Source: Podarcis muralis (Eukaryota). Taken from it: a stretch of 64,000 bases of DNA. Position 1 is the first letter of the stretch. The number at the start of each line of letters is the position of its first letter. The position numbers and the translations under genes are program-made. Under the pieces are notes generated by a model. It did no database searches. It was not told the origin of the DNA and worked only from the letters and a program-made list of their open reading frames with translations. Where the stretch lies: positions 47,182,001-47,246,000 of the forward strand of contig NC_135658.1 of NCBI RefSeq assembly GCF_964188315.1, in the 5' to 3' direction. Shown here piece after piece: positions 12,751 to 24,778 of this stretch.

Positions 12751-13350
12751 CCGTATTTTGCGCCCCATAGGACGCACCGGCCCATAAGGCGCACCTTTTG
12801 GGGGGGGAATTAAGAAAAAAAAATTATTTCCCCCCCAGCCCCCAGAACAGGCTGCTGTGCGCAAGCCGTGGGAGCCCTTCCGTGGCTTGCGCAGAGCTAC
12901 CCGAAGCCACGGTGCGACTGCTGAGCGCGCCGGGGCTTCGGGATAAGAGGCGGCTCTGCGCAAGCCGGGGGAGGGCTCCCGCGGCTTGTGCGGAGCTACC
13001 CGAAGCCCCGGCTCGACTGCCCAGTGCGCCGGGGCTTCGGGATAAGAGGCAGCTCTGTGCAAGCCGGGGGAGCCCTCCCGCGGTTTGCGCGGAGCTACCC
13101 GAAGCCCCGGCGCGACTGCTCAGCGCACCGGGCCTTTGGGATAAGAGGCAGCTCTGCGCAAGCCGGGGGAGGGCTCCCGCGGCTTGCGCAGAGTTTCCTG
13201 AAGCCTGGAGAACGAGAGGGGTCGGTGCACACCAACCCCTCTCGCTCTCCAGACTTCAGCGAAAGCCTGCATTCGCCCCATAGGACGCACACACATTTCC
13301 CCTTCCTTTTTGGAGGGGGAAAAGTGCGTCCTATAGGGTGAAAAATACGG
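12751..13350. mobile_element. Tc2/MER104-like MITE with internal GC-rich tandem array
   Basis: TIRs CCGTATTTTGCGCCCCATAGGACGCAC / GTGCGTCCTATAGGGTGAAAAATACGG. TA at 12749-50 and 13351-52. CpGs largely intact, so probably young. Confidence 0.9.
12855..13205. repeat. 99-bp tandem repeat, about 3.5 copies, two hairpins per unit
   Basis: GGATAAGAGG recurs at 12941, 13040 and 13139. Confidence 0.9.
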
Positions 13351-13454
13351 TAGGTATGATGTTAACTTCCTTTTCTTCCCCTTTAGGGTTCAGTATAGTG
13401 GCTAGAGGAGTGAAGTGCCAGCAGTTTCAGCAGCATGCAGCATGTTTCCATTTA

Positions 13455-13665
13455 AACTATAGTGGAAGGGACCTTAGAAGTTATCCAGTCCATCCCCGCC
13501 GCCCCTCACAGCTCAATACAGAATCTGCAAAGGAGGATGGAAGTACAGCACCTCTGCTTAGATACCTCCAGCAAAGTAGAGACAATGACCTCCCAAGGCA
13601 GACTCTTTTACTGTAGAACAGCTCTTACTGTTATGTTTTCCTTATGTGTAGGCGAAATCTACTTT
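13455..13665 (-). mobile_element. CR1 LINE 3' fragment (interrupted by a SINE; resumes at about 13910)
   Basis: GGAAGGGACCTTAGAAGTTATCCAGTCCA...CCTCTGCTTAGATACCTCC...GAACAGCTCTTACTGT is the reverse complement of the CR1 3' end. Confidence 0.7.
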
Positions 13666-13909
13666 CAGTATGGTGTCGTGGTTAAGAGTGGTAGATTTGT
13701 AATCTGGTGAACCGGGTTCACGTCTGCGCTCCTCCACATGCAGCTGCTGGGTGACCTTGGGCTAGTCACACTTCTCTGAAGTCTCTCAGCCCCACTCACC
13801 TCACAGAGTGTTTGTTGTGGGGGAGGAAGGGAAAGGAAAATGTTAGCCGCTTTAAGACTTCTTCTGGTAGTGATAAAGCGGGAAATCAAATCCAAACTCT
13901 TCTTCTTCT
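13666..13909 (+). mobile_element. Squam3-like (MIR/Ther1-derived) SINE
   Basis: tRNA head CAGTATGGTGTCGTGGTTAAGAG...CCGGGTTCAC, CORE GCTGGGTGACCTTGGGCTAGTCAC, (CTT)n tail. Confidence 0.9.
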
Positions 13910-14902
13910 ACTTCCCTGCCATTTCCACTTGGCCTGGATCTCAAGCTCAAATTTAGACACTGTTTTGTTTTGTTTTGCAACCTGTTTTTATGTACATCAG
14001 ACCTGTGTCACAATGTGTCAGCTCAGAACTGCAAGTTTAAGATATCTTATTTTGGTTTTGTGTTGTCATTTTCCTTTTTTTAATCTTTACCTTGGCTAGG
14101 GGCCTCAAAAGCGGGAAGTGGCCTAGGCCTCTCTGAATCTCCGGGAGGGCTTGCCGCCATATGAATGAAACAAGGACCGCCATGAATGTGAACTATGATA
14201 AAATGCTTCAGATGTGGTTGAACAATGTTTAATATTGAAGGACTCCCTTCCTTGCATAAAAGGGTTACAGAAAATAACACTGAAAATTTACATATATTTC
14301 ACTCAAGGTCCTTAAAAAGAGCCTCCATGAATTAATATTTTTTAACAGCATCTAGAATTGTTTGTGATAGCTCATATATTGATTTTAGAAGTAGGGAAAG
14401 CTGGCTTCCCCCACCCCGACATTCTAACAATGGCCTTTTCATAGAACAGGATTGAGTGTTTTGTTTGCAGCAAATAATTTCCCTATCTCTACTACGGAAA
14501 GGAAAGTTGTATAAACATGACATTATCAATTATCTCTTCAAGGGCCTCCAAATGACAGCACAGAACATTGCATTCTGTAGATGGAGTTTTCCTGTAATAA
14601 TTAAAATGAAAATTATTTTGGTTTTGCTTAATTACCTGAGTATATCTTCACACTCACTAATTTGATGGTGTAATTGCAACTTTCCGTCTAACATAAATAA
14701 TAATGTGGGTTGTCAAAATAACAAAGGAAAATGTTTTGCCAATTGTTTAACAGGAAGAAATTGTATTTGTCTCTATGTGTCTCTCAAAAATAATTGTGGC
14801 ATACCTCTCTTTTATTATGCAGATTTGCCATCTCACTTTCTCAAAGTTTTTTTTCTTCTAAAAGGGAAAATGAAAAGCTGGGACTTGATTATGAACAACA
14901 AG

Positions 14903-14970
14903 GGTTTCCTTACAGCCAGGATTGTTCATGAAGCCAAAATGGGAAGTACTTGAAGCTCTACCTAACCTAG
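14903..14970 (+). CDS. Candidate exon (VSLQPGLFMKPKWEVLEALPNL), unidentified gene
   Basis: Strong donor CTAG|GTATGA. The acceptor is either 14903 (weak, phase 2) or 14916 (TTTCCTTACAG, phase 0). Confidence 0.25.
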
Positions 14971-15456
14971 GTATGAGGCTGAAAGACTAGTTTTGTCTGT
15001 TTGAATCTGCCTAGAGAAAAACAGATTCTATGTTTTTTGGACGACTTTGTTTATAATGTTGGACTTCAGCTGTAATGTTATGGCTTTTAGAAAATAATTA
15101 TCTTTTGTGGGAAAGTATAAATTCCTGTCTATCTGCCTACTTGCTTCCTACCTGCTCAGCCTGCATATTTGTAACTAAACACATATTACATTACTTTTTA
15201 GTTTTTATTTTTTTTAAGCAGTTATAAAATTACATAGTATAAATAAAGTAGAAAGATGGAGGTGTTGCTTCTTTTTTTCTGTCACCAACTTGAATAGCAT
15301 TCAGGGAATGCACTAAAAATACCTGTATAGATTGTGAATAAACTGCAGTGTTGTGAAGAAGAAAAATTTCATGTAAGAGTGTAGTTGTGTTATAAGAACT
15401 GTTTGGTTTGCAAAGAGTTAACCAAATAAGGAGAAAAGACTTCTAATAGACTTCTA

Positions 15457-15457
<1 letters not shown>

Positions 15458-15497
<40 letters not shown>
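15458..15497. repeat. (TG)20 microsatellite
   Basis: Directly visible. Confidence 0.98.
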
Positions 15498-15498
<1 letters not shown>

Positions 15499-16164
15499 TC
15501 TTCAGTTGGAAATCTGCCCAGAAAGAGAGAGTCTGGTATAAGTGACATAGCTGCTGTTTCTTTGGTAACTGGAAGATTTTCCATTATGACAGTTGGAAGT
15601 AGAGCTCCGCTTTTATAGGGGTCTGTTGTCAAGGTCAAGTTGTGATAGAAGAAGTTGTGATAGAATAAGAAGGTCAAGTTGTGATAAGTCCTTTAGTGGA
15701 CATTGTGTTTAAACTCATTGGTTCTTAGTTGTAGGTTTCAGAGAGACAAAAGGGCAGGCACAGTGTTGTCTGGAAGAGAAGAGCTGGCTGTAGAAAGACT
15801 GAGGAAGCCACTTAAAAGAGGCTGAAGGTGAGCCTGAAGATAATCTGGACCTAAGAGCAGCTGCCATTGCCAAAGGAAACAATCATAATCCACAGTAAGG
15901 CTGAGAGCTACAGTAGGAGGCAACCTACCTAGATGTGGAGTTTTTAAAATATGTGACTGACTGGGCCACTACCTACCAGTGTATGTGGAGAAGCTGTAGG
16001 ATTAGAATGTTAGTTACATATGTGAATACTGTCCTGTTATGAAAACCACATGAAAGGAACAGATCAGCAGTTTAGTTCTAACAGAGGCCTGCGTGATACA
16101 AAACATAGGGTTCTTGAGGTGGTAGTCTGCCAACAAATAGCTAGACTGATATAAGAGATGAATC

Positions 16165-17010
16165 ATGGACTCATAGAATTGTGGAGTTGGAAGGGACCCC
16201 AACGGTCATCTAGAGAGCCAGTGTGGTGTAGTGGTTGAGAGCGGTAGACTCGTAATCTGGGGAACCGGGTTCGCATCTCCACTCCTCCACATGCAGCTGC
16301 TGGGTGACCTTGGGCCAGTCACACTTCTCTGAAGTCTCCCAGCTCCACTCACCTCACAGAGTGTTTGTTGTGGGGGAGGAAGGGAAAGGAGAATGTTAGC
16401 CGCTTTGAGACTCCTTTGGGTAGTGATAAAGTGGGATATCAAATCCAAACTCTTCTTCTTCTCTTCTAGTCCAACCCCTTGCAATGCAGGAATCTCAGCT
16501 GAAGCATCCATGGCAGATGGCCATCCAACCTCTGCTTAAAAACCTGCATGGAAGAAGAGTCCACCACCTCTCGAGGGAGTCAGCTCCACTGTTGAACATC
16601 TCTTACTGTCAGAAAGTTCTTCCTGATGTTTAGTTGGAATCACCTTTCTTGTAATTTGAAGCCATTGGTTCGAGTCCTACCAAGCAAAGCAGGAGAAAAC
16701 AAGCTTCCATGTGACAGCCCTTGAGATATTTGAAGATGGCTATCATATCTCCTCTCACTCTCCTCTTTTCCAGGCAATACCCAGCTCCTCCAACATTTCC
16801 TCATAATGCTTGGTTTCTAGACGCTTGAACATCTAGTTTCTCCCCTCTGCACATGTTTCAGCTTGTCAACATCCTTCTTAAACTGGGGTGCCCAGAACTG
16901 GACACAGGACTCCAGGTGGAGTCTGGCCAAGGCAGAATAGAGTGGTACTATTACTTCCCTTGATCATGACACTAGAGTTCTGTTGATGCAGCTCAGAATT
17001 GCATTAGAAT
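16165..17010 (-). mobile_element. CR1 LINE 3' fragment including ORF2 C-terminus (interrupted by a SINE at 16213-16465)
   Basis: The minus strand resembles NAILSCINR...[31 protein letters not shown], followed by the CR1 3'UTR ending in ...CAATTCTATGA. Confidence 0.85.
16213..16465 (+). mobile_element. Squam3-like SINE, full length
   Basis: Starts GAGAGCCAGTGTGGTGTAGTGG and ends CCAAACTCTTCTTCTT. Splits the CR1 motif GGTCATCTA|GTCCAACCCC. Confidence 0.92.
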
Positions 17011-18094
17011 GAGCATAGAAACCCACACAATCCTCCTTTGGGGGGGGGTATTCAGTTCCAAAATGAGTGACCATTGCCAACTGAAGAAAACAAGCAGGGC
17101 CCCTTAACAACATATGGGGCCCTGCTCCATGTTCCCACACTAATAGAAGTGTGGTGGATGTCCATGAGGAACAGGTGCTTTTGGTAGAGACTCAAACTCT
17201 ATTAAATAGCCTTCCTAGAGAAACTTCTTCTGGCCTCAAAGCCGAGTATTTTTGGATGCCTGAAAAACTATGCTGCAAAATTCAGAAAAGTGTGAATTTA
17301 AAAAGATGGCTATGTCTTGGTTCCCATATCGTTTTGGAATGTGTTAATTTTTTAAAAAAAATGGCTTTAAATTTAACTAAATCAAATTTCTCCCTCATTC
17401 CTAGAATAAAATGTGCTCACAGAAAACTATTGTGAGAAAGAAATATATTTACATATATTTGACTGGTTTTCATAATAAAGTCTGAACACAGGATTTGAGT
17501 TCACAGAATATAATTTTTTTTCCAGTGAGAAATGTTGAAGCTATCTGCTTTACAGAATATTCTGTTTGACCATTCAGATCAGGCACATCTCAAAAGCAAT
17601 TTTATCTGGATTTAATTGTCTAATTCTCAAATCACTTTCCCCCTAAGAATTTATGAAAGTGGTATTTTTTTTACAAGAGTTCATTTTTATTCTTTTGTAG
17701 ATGATGGCATAGATAAATCCGTAAGCCCTCTGACACTGAAGTAATGTCTTTCATAGTGTGAAAAGATGGAAAGAGTTATTTCTTAAATCTACGACCTTGC
17801 TATCAGAGAGTCCCAGTCATTTTCTGCAGTGAATCTTTTTTTTAAAAGTTGTCCTTTCATTATTCCTTTAAAGACTTTTTCCTGAACTCAAATTAATTAT
17901 ACCTGCAAAGCACAGTGATGGCTCTATCAGGAAAGAGTAACACTTGCATTTCCCTTCTATTTAATCCAAACCTATCAATGCCCAAATGGGCACAATATGC
18001 TAAAACCCCTGAATAATGGACACATGAATTACTCATGCAAGGAATTTGAAATGCCTTACAATTCACTCATATCTACCATAATTATTTACAACAG

Positions 18095-18195
18095 AAAACA
18101 TAATGGAAATGTATTCAGCAACATCAGTGATGGCACATCAAATATTTGTGGAAAAGGGAGATCATTGGGGGCGGAACATATTGATACAATATGAG
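18095..18195 (+). CDS. Candidate exon (NIMEMYSATSVMAHQIFVEKGDHWGRNILIQYE), unidentified gene
   Basis: ATTATTTACAACAG acceptor and GAG|GTAACA donor. Only one frame is open (phase 1 to 0). Confidence 0.3.
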
Positions 18196-18496
18196 GTAAC
18201 AGTGAGAGGTTTACATTAGAGCCCAACTGTTTCTTTTCTCATAGAGACTTTCTTTATACTGAACTGGGGGAAAAAGAATTAAGGGTTATAGAGAACACAG
18301 GAAAATGAAAACCAGCTGTGGTACTAAAAAATACAACAAATATCATTTCAAAAAGCAAATGTGATTGGGGCATGCTGCAAAAAAACACTCATTCAATGGT
18401 AGGGGGTATTACGTAGTTAAGGCCAGAGCATATTTGTGTTAAATTTTATATATCCATTGTTTTGAACATTATTTAGCCCAACCTATAGCCTAAAAA

Positions 18497-18850
18497 GGGA
18501 TGTGGGTGGCGCTGTGGGTTAAGCCACAGAGCCTAGGACTTGCTGATCAGAAGGTTGGTGGTTCGAATACCTGCGACGGGGTGAGTTCCCGTTGCTCGGT
18601 CCCTGCTCCTGCCAACCTAGCAATTCGAAAGCACACCAAAAAGTGCAAGTAGATAAATAGGTACCGCTCCGGCAGGAAGGTAAACGGCGTTTCTGTGCAT
18701 GCTGCTCTGGTTTGCCAGAAGCGGCTTAGTCATGCTGGCCACATGACCAGTATGCCGGCTCCCTCAGCCAATAAAGCGAGATGAGCACTGCAACCCCAGA
18801 GTCGGCCACGACTGGACCTAATGGTCACGGGTCCCTTTACCTTTACCTTT
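18497..18850 (+). mobile_element. Sauria (Squam1) SINE
   Basis: GGGATGTGGGTGGCGCTGTGG head, GTGCAAGTAGATAAATAGGTACCGC body, (ACCTTT)n tail. Confidence 0.93.
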
Positions 18851-20147
18851 ATATAAAAACAAAAGGTGGCAGACAGCTAGATAACTGATGATCTGGTTTG
18901 ATTTTCTTGTCATGTATTGTACTGTACTGTGATTTGGTCATTAAGAGCAAATAATTTTGCATTTCGTTGCTTTGTCATTATTATTATACCATTAAAACTG
19001 TGATAAGCAGAGTTTTGATTAATAAGCAGAACAACAGTTCACCCTTCCCGAGTGTCTCCTTTCCTGGCACCAATTGAAACATGTTGCGCAAACTGAAGAA
19101 TCGGAAGGATAGGGATCAACTACCTAGTAGGTAGGAAATAGCAATACATAGGTAAATATATTGGTCATTGGTCAGGCTTTTAATTTGAATGCTTGATTCT
19201 AAAAAAAAGTAATATCCAAGGGTGGAACTCCACATATATATTGACTACTTTTTGTAAACAGCCTTGGAAGTGTAAAATAGCAACAAAGTAAGACATATTT
19301 GATGGGAAACCAGTGCAAATCATTTTGTCCAATTGGTGCCCTGCAGCTGTTTTTGTGTGTGTTAGGGAAGTATGATTAACAGATCATGTAGTTTGGTCTT
19401 TAGTTTATGCTAATCAATCTGAAAGAAAACTTCATTGGGGATAAATTGGAGGTTTGAGAATAACTTTGAAGATTGAGGGAAAGAAAGGAAAAGGCTGAAA
19501 AGCTGCAGAGCAGATTGTAAGGGATGTAAGTGTGGCAAATACTGTAACTGAAATGGCTTAAGACCCATGGCGTCTCTCTTCTAAATCTGAAACAGGCTCA
19601 CATTCTTTGTAAATTAGCATCTGCCAATTCTTATTTCCCCTGCTTTAGGCTATTGAGGAGATATGGAAAACCACCTGCAGTTCCCCCCAAGCAAGATTAA
19701 GCTGCTCACAGTATGAAATGGCAAGGAAGAACTTCTCTCAGCCCTCTGCCTCCCTTCTCAATCCTATTGCTCCCTCCTCCTAAACTGAAGGAGAAATGAA
19801 TTATATTTTCTTCCTCCTCTGTTGCCTTATTATGTCTGTTGTTGTAATTTATACTGCTATTCATTAACTTTTGAACATGTCCAAAATCAGTGCTAATGAT
19901 TATCTAGGGCAGGCTTGAGATGACAATCCTCATTTTGAAGCTGCTTCATTCACAACAAAATGTGTTGCTACAACTCAGCAAAAAGGCAAGCTCTTTTTTT
20001 GATAGCTGACACAGTGGTTTAAAGGTGTTCTATGCAGAATTTTTAAAGGGGGTGGGGATGGGGAAGAGGAATCTGATATTAGACATGCATAGAATTGCAT
20101 GGTTAGTAATAAATCCTACTGAGTTTCATGGGGCTGACTCCCAAGTA

Positions 20148-20389
20148 CAGTGGTACCTCGGGTTATATACGCTTCAGGTTACATATGCTTCAGGTTACAG
20201 ACTCTGCTAACCCAGAAATAGTACCTCGGGTTAAGAACTTTGCTTCAGGATGAGAACAGAAATCGTGCTCCGGTGGCACGGCGGCAGCGGAAGGCCCCAT
20301 TAGCTAAAGTGGTGCTTCAGGTTAAGAATAGTTTCAGGTTAAGAAAGGACCTCCAGAACGAATTAAGTACTTAACCCAAGGTACCACTG
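20148..20389 (+). mobile_element. Tigger/pogo-like MITE (CAGTGGTACCTC family)
   Basis: TIRs CAGTGGTACCTCGGGTTA / TAACCCAAGGTACCACTG, TA TSD. Confidence 0.9.
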
Positions 20390-22384
20390 TAAACATGCTG
20401 ATGACTCAGTGAAACAAAGTTTCTCCTTAAATTACTGGGTCTAATGAAGTTTTAGCCAATAATTCACTTCTTGTCAGCAGTATGTCAACTAATGTGTGCA
20501 AGGTGCATTTTAATTATCTCTAACTTACTCTTATGCAAGTGTCTAATAGATGAATGTACAAAATGTACTGCAACGTGCTACCCTTACTATGGCAGTAAGG
20601 CATGTGGGTGTCTACTGCCAGACTCCATCTGCACATTTGTTAAATAGAATGATGAGGATAGCCCCAAAACATGACATCGGCTTTACAAAGTTATGTCAAA
20701 AAAATCAGCTGAGTTTATGTCTTTATAATGATCTGGCCCTAATAGCAGTGCCTCCTCCCTGTCAAAGCCTTGCTTACTGAGGTTGCATGGCTGCAGCAAC
20801 AGTTTCCATCAAGATAAAATGAGAGTTTTGCATGATCTTGTTGGAAGCTGCTGCTGCAGCCACATGACACGCAGTGGCAAGGATGGAAGGAGTTCTCACA
20901 GGGATGCCGCCCTGCAGTATTCCACCATCTGAGGCAGTTGCTTCAGTCCACCTTATAGGTGGCAGCTTGCGGAGCCTCACTCCCCAGGATTGTCCCCTCT
21001 TTTCAACAGCAGTTGAGTGAAGGGGACAATCCTGATATCTAACATTTTTTCACACTGCTATACTTATTGGTGTGAATGTAATTTAGCATGACTTGGTGGC
21101 ATATAGGTACTGCAGTTTGAAAAGGAGGTTAGAAATTGGGACAGTAGCATCACCATTAGAATCAATAAAATTAATTCAATAAACCCCATGTCTGAATGCA
21201 GCCTTAGACAATAAAACAACAACAAAAATATTTAGATCCTCATGTGTATTTCTCAAATACACATTGCAACAAGGAATCATATTAAAACACTTTGACCAGT
21301 GTAAAAAATACTGATAGATATTGTGAGATTGTTATAGTATAAAACCTTTCTAAAGGTTCAAGAGCAAGAAAAATAATTAGCAACCAGCTTAGATGGCAAT
21401 TAACCTCACTTACAGGGGAGAAAGTCACAATTAATTCAATAGCACTTACTTCTGAGTAGACATGGTTAGCATTGTACTGTAACTTCTGCAAAATTGCTAA
21501 TGGTACAGCACTATACACAGCTATATGCATAGACAGATACACATAAAGATTATGAAGAACTGAGCTGACAAGAAGCATTTTAAACATAATTATATTATAA
21601 ACAAAGAGTGCTGTTATCTAGCTAGATTGCATTGTTAAATTATTTCTAATGCTTCCTACCCCACCAAGTGGACTGAGAGTGTTACTTTTTATCATTTTGC
21701 AATGTGCACACTTCCAAAAAGGATAGAGAAATACCAGAGGTTTCCATAGCAACTAAAGCTAATTCTTTCCAAATTTAGATATGAGCTTTAGCACTGAATC
21801 CCATACAAGCTTCCTTTCATATGCGTCTTTGAGCTAGGACAAGTTTTATATCACAACTTTGGTCTGCAGACCTAGAAAAGATTGGAGGGGGGAGGAATCT
21901 AGAAACTATGTTTTGGAGAACATGTACATCAATGAAATATCATACTTGCATTTTCAGATGTTCTATGCAGCAGCTGCATTTAAACATAACATTAAACCAC
22001 AGTTTAGTGTCACAAGGACAAGGCTCTGGACCACCTCACCTCCTCCAGGGTGGCTACCAGGAAATCAAAAGTATCTGCTTCCATTTTTTACTAACCCTAG
22101 TTTGATGTTTCTTTCAAACCAGGAGCTAAAGTTAGTTCAACTATGGTTTATCCAAACAAACTAGGAATTTGGCTTGTTTGGAGAACCATCTGTGGGACTC
22201 CTATGTGACATATTGGCCATTGGTGTCCCACCTTGTTTCTTTTATCGTTTAACATCTACATGAAATCACTGGAAAAGGTAGGTCTGGAGTGAGATGTCAT
22301 CAAAATGACACTAAGCCCTCTTTCTTCTACCCAACTCAACCCTGGGAAACTGTTGAGGTTCTAATCCAATGCCTTAGAGCAGTA

Positions 22385-22610
22385 TTGTGGTACCTCGGGT
22401 TAAGAACTTAATTCTTTCTGGAGGTCTGTTCTTAACCTGAAACTGTTCTTAACCTGAGGTACCACTTTAGCTAATGGGGCCTCCCGCTGCCACCGCGCCG
22501 CCACCGCACAATTTCTGTTCTCATCCTGAAGCAAAGTTCTTAACCTGAGGTATTATTTCTGGGTTAGCGGAGTCTGTAACCTGAAGCGTCTGCAACCCGA
22601 GGTACCACTG
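22385..22610 (-). mobile_element. Tigger/pogo-like MITE (CAGTGGTACCTC family), inverted
   Basis: Reverse complement of the 20148 element. Ends GAGGTACCACTG followed by TA. Confidence 0.88.
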
Positions 22611-23087
22611 TAATAGACAAAGGTGCATGTGAGCCACTATCAGGGACAGAGTAATGATGGCTAGATTCTGAAGAGTGGACACCAGGAGAAGGGGGTTGGA
22701 TAATGACTTGGAAGAAGGGATAAGTGAACTGGGGGGAAGCTGTAACATCCAGGAAATGAGTCGGAATCAGGAGAAGCAGCAGGACTGGACAGTGAAGAAC
22801 AAGTGAAGGGACTCAGCTAGATTAGTAAAGAAAAAACATTTTATATGTGTTGTATTTGTGATATAACACCGTGACACCAAATGGTGCTGTGGAGTCCCAT
22901 CTTTCCCAACTGGATTTCCCTTATGCGTTTACAACGCGTTTAACTGAAACACTTCTTTGATGTGTCTAGATCCAGTCCAGAAGGAGGGAGAGATAGGTCA
23001 GGCTGGTGGAGAGTCAAGGGCTTCTACCCCACCTCCTCCTCCTCCTCCTCCTCCTGCCCCCACCTCTCCTGCTCCACTGTTTCCCAG

Positions 23088-23155
23088 GACCATAAAACAG
23101 GATTGAACCAGGAAGAGCAGAAGGTTACATGCAGGTCTTTGCCTGCTTTTCGCCT
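23088..23155 (+). CDS. Candidate exon (DHKTGLNQEEQKVTCRSLPAFR), unidentified gene
   Basis: Long pyrimidine tract ending TTTCCCAG and CCT|GTAAGT donor, phase 0 to 2. The tract partly derives from a (CCT)n repeat. Confidence 0.27.
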
Positions 23156-24778
23156 GTAAGTACGCAGAAAATGCTGAATAAACCAAGGAAAGTTTGTATC
23201 ACTACTCTAAACTAAAATGTCCCCAATTGAAAGTTAAGACTCTGAAAAGGACATACACACTGGCTTTTGGAAGTACCTTTCAGAATATAAATGGTTAGCA
23301 TATTAATATTATTTTTCAATGATTTTAAAGATAATTAAAATTACAATTAATTGGAATACAAAGCTCCTGATCCAGCCTATTGAAATCTGTTACACCTCCC
23401 CTCAACCCCCATATAATGTCTACAAGGATCTTCTGTAATGGGAGCTAAGCTCCATGATGCTCTAGGCAGAAAACATGGCCTTCACAAATCTGAAGTAAAA
23501 AGGCCTGTGAAATATGTCCCAACTCTTTTAAGTGATACATTAGAGAACTATCTCAGACACTAATAATAGTTTCAAATTAAGGAAGGACTGGTAGACTATG
23601 CCAAGGGGAAAGCTCCCATCATAGATAATAAGGACATTTCTGAAACCAGCAATTAGTGCTGTACATTTCTAGTAGGAGTAAAGAATGTAAAGTGTTTCTA
23701 AATGGGCTTCTCTCTGTCTCTCTCTCTTTTTCTCTCTCTCCTTTTGTAGGATTAATGCTGATGGAACTGCACTTATCCTCTTCATACCTTGGGTGATGTT
23801 TATGAGAGGAAGGGGTTATCATACCAATTGTCCTTTACTCCCAAATGCTAATTACCAGAGAAAAACCCAAAGTCAGTCATTAAGGACTTTAATTAAGTGA
23901 GCCTGCTTCAGACTATTTAACATTTAAAATATATCTGCATGCTTCATATTATATATCCCTGTAAGTGCAAGGAGAATCCAAAAGTTGGTCACAAAGACAT
24001 GCAATATATCTAATATAGCTCATGTAGCATTTTGCTACGGAAATTGTTTTCACATTTCTCTAAAGAGAAAAGGGCACAGAACAATGTGTAACATTTTAAT
24101 GAATCTTATTTCTAGAGAGCATAAATCAACCTTTTTGTTTAAAGAGATGTCTTGCTGGGTTGGGGGGAATTACAGAGAAGGAAACACATTTTAATAGCAC
24201 AGGGCGAATACACCAGCAAGTGATATATATTTAAGAATAAGGTTCAGTCTGTTTATTTTATTTAAAGCAATCTACTCCACCTTTCAGGGCACATTGACCT
24301 TTGTATGTAGTCCCTCCCCCCATAGCTTTACATCTTGGTTGACTTTGACTGACTTAATGCAATCAGTGGAAGATCTAGGCTGTCTGCATTCAATTAGATT
24401 TCTATGACAACATAGTTATCAACAGGATTGTTCCAACTAGGGAGGTGCAAAATCCACTTCAGGAATTGACTGGAAGGAGGTGCCACTATGGTGTGAGGAC
24501 TCCTGACCACAATCTGTTGCCTTGAGCTCCAATGAAGGGCTTTGCATGGAAAGGGGGATCTAGGGGAGCACAGCTGGTTCTGGCGCACTGCAGCAGGTGC
24601 CATAGCCATGAAGTCCAATGGAGGGTGAGTGGTGAGGCATGCCAGATTTTGGTGTCACACAGGGCACCACTGAAATTTGAGTCGCCAAAATCCACTACTG
24701 GTGCATGGGTTATGCCATCTTTGGGGGTGGCATACATTTTACAGAAAGAAACTCTAGATTGCTGTCCTGTAATGTATC

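Noticed and set aside
12855-13205. CRISPR-like array of palindromic repeats
   Set aside because: The units are contiguous tandem copies with no unique spacers, there are no cas genes, the context is eukaryotic, and the array lies inside MITE TIRs.
12748-13341. Repeat proteins from ORFs 12798-13283, 12988-13341 and 12748-13062
   Set aside because: By-products of a GC-rich 99-bp (33-codon) repeat, open on both strands, with no splice or promoter support.
16213-16290. tRNA genes at SINE heads (also 3769, 13666, 18497, 37418)
   Set aside because: A/B-box-like heads continue into SINE bodies and tails and lack a complete cloverleaf.
17093-17126. 11-bp perfect stem AGCAGGGCCCC/GGGGCCCTGCT
   Set aside because: Too short to interpret; GGGGCCC motifs are common in DNA-transposon relics.
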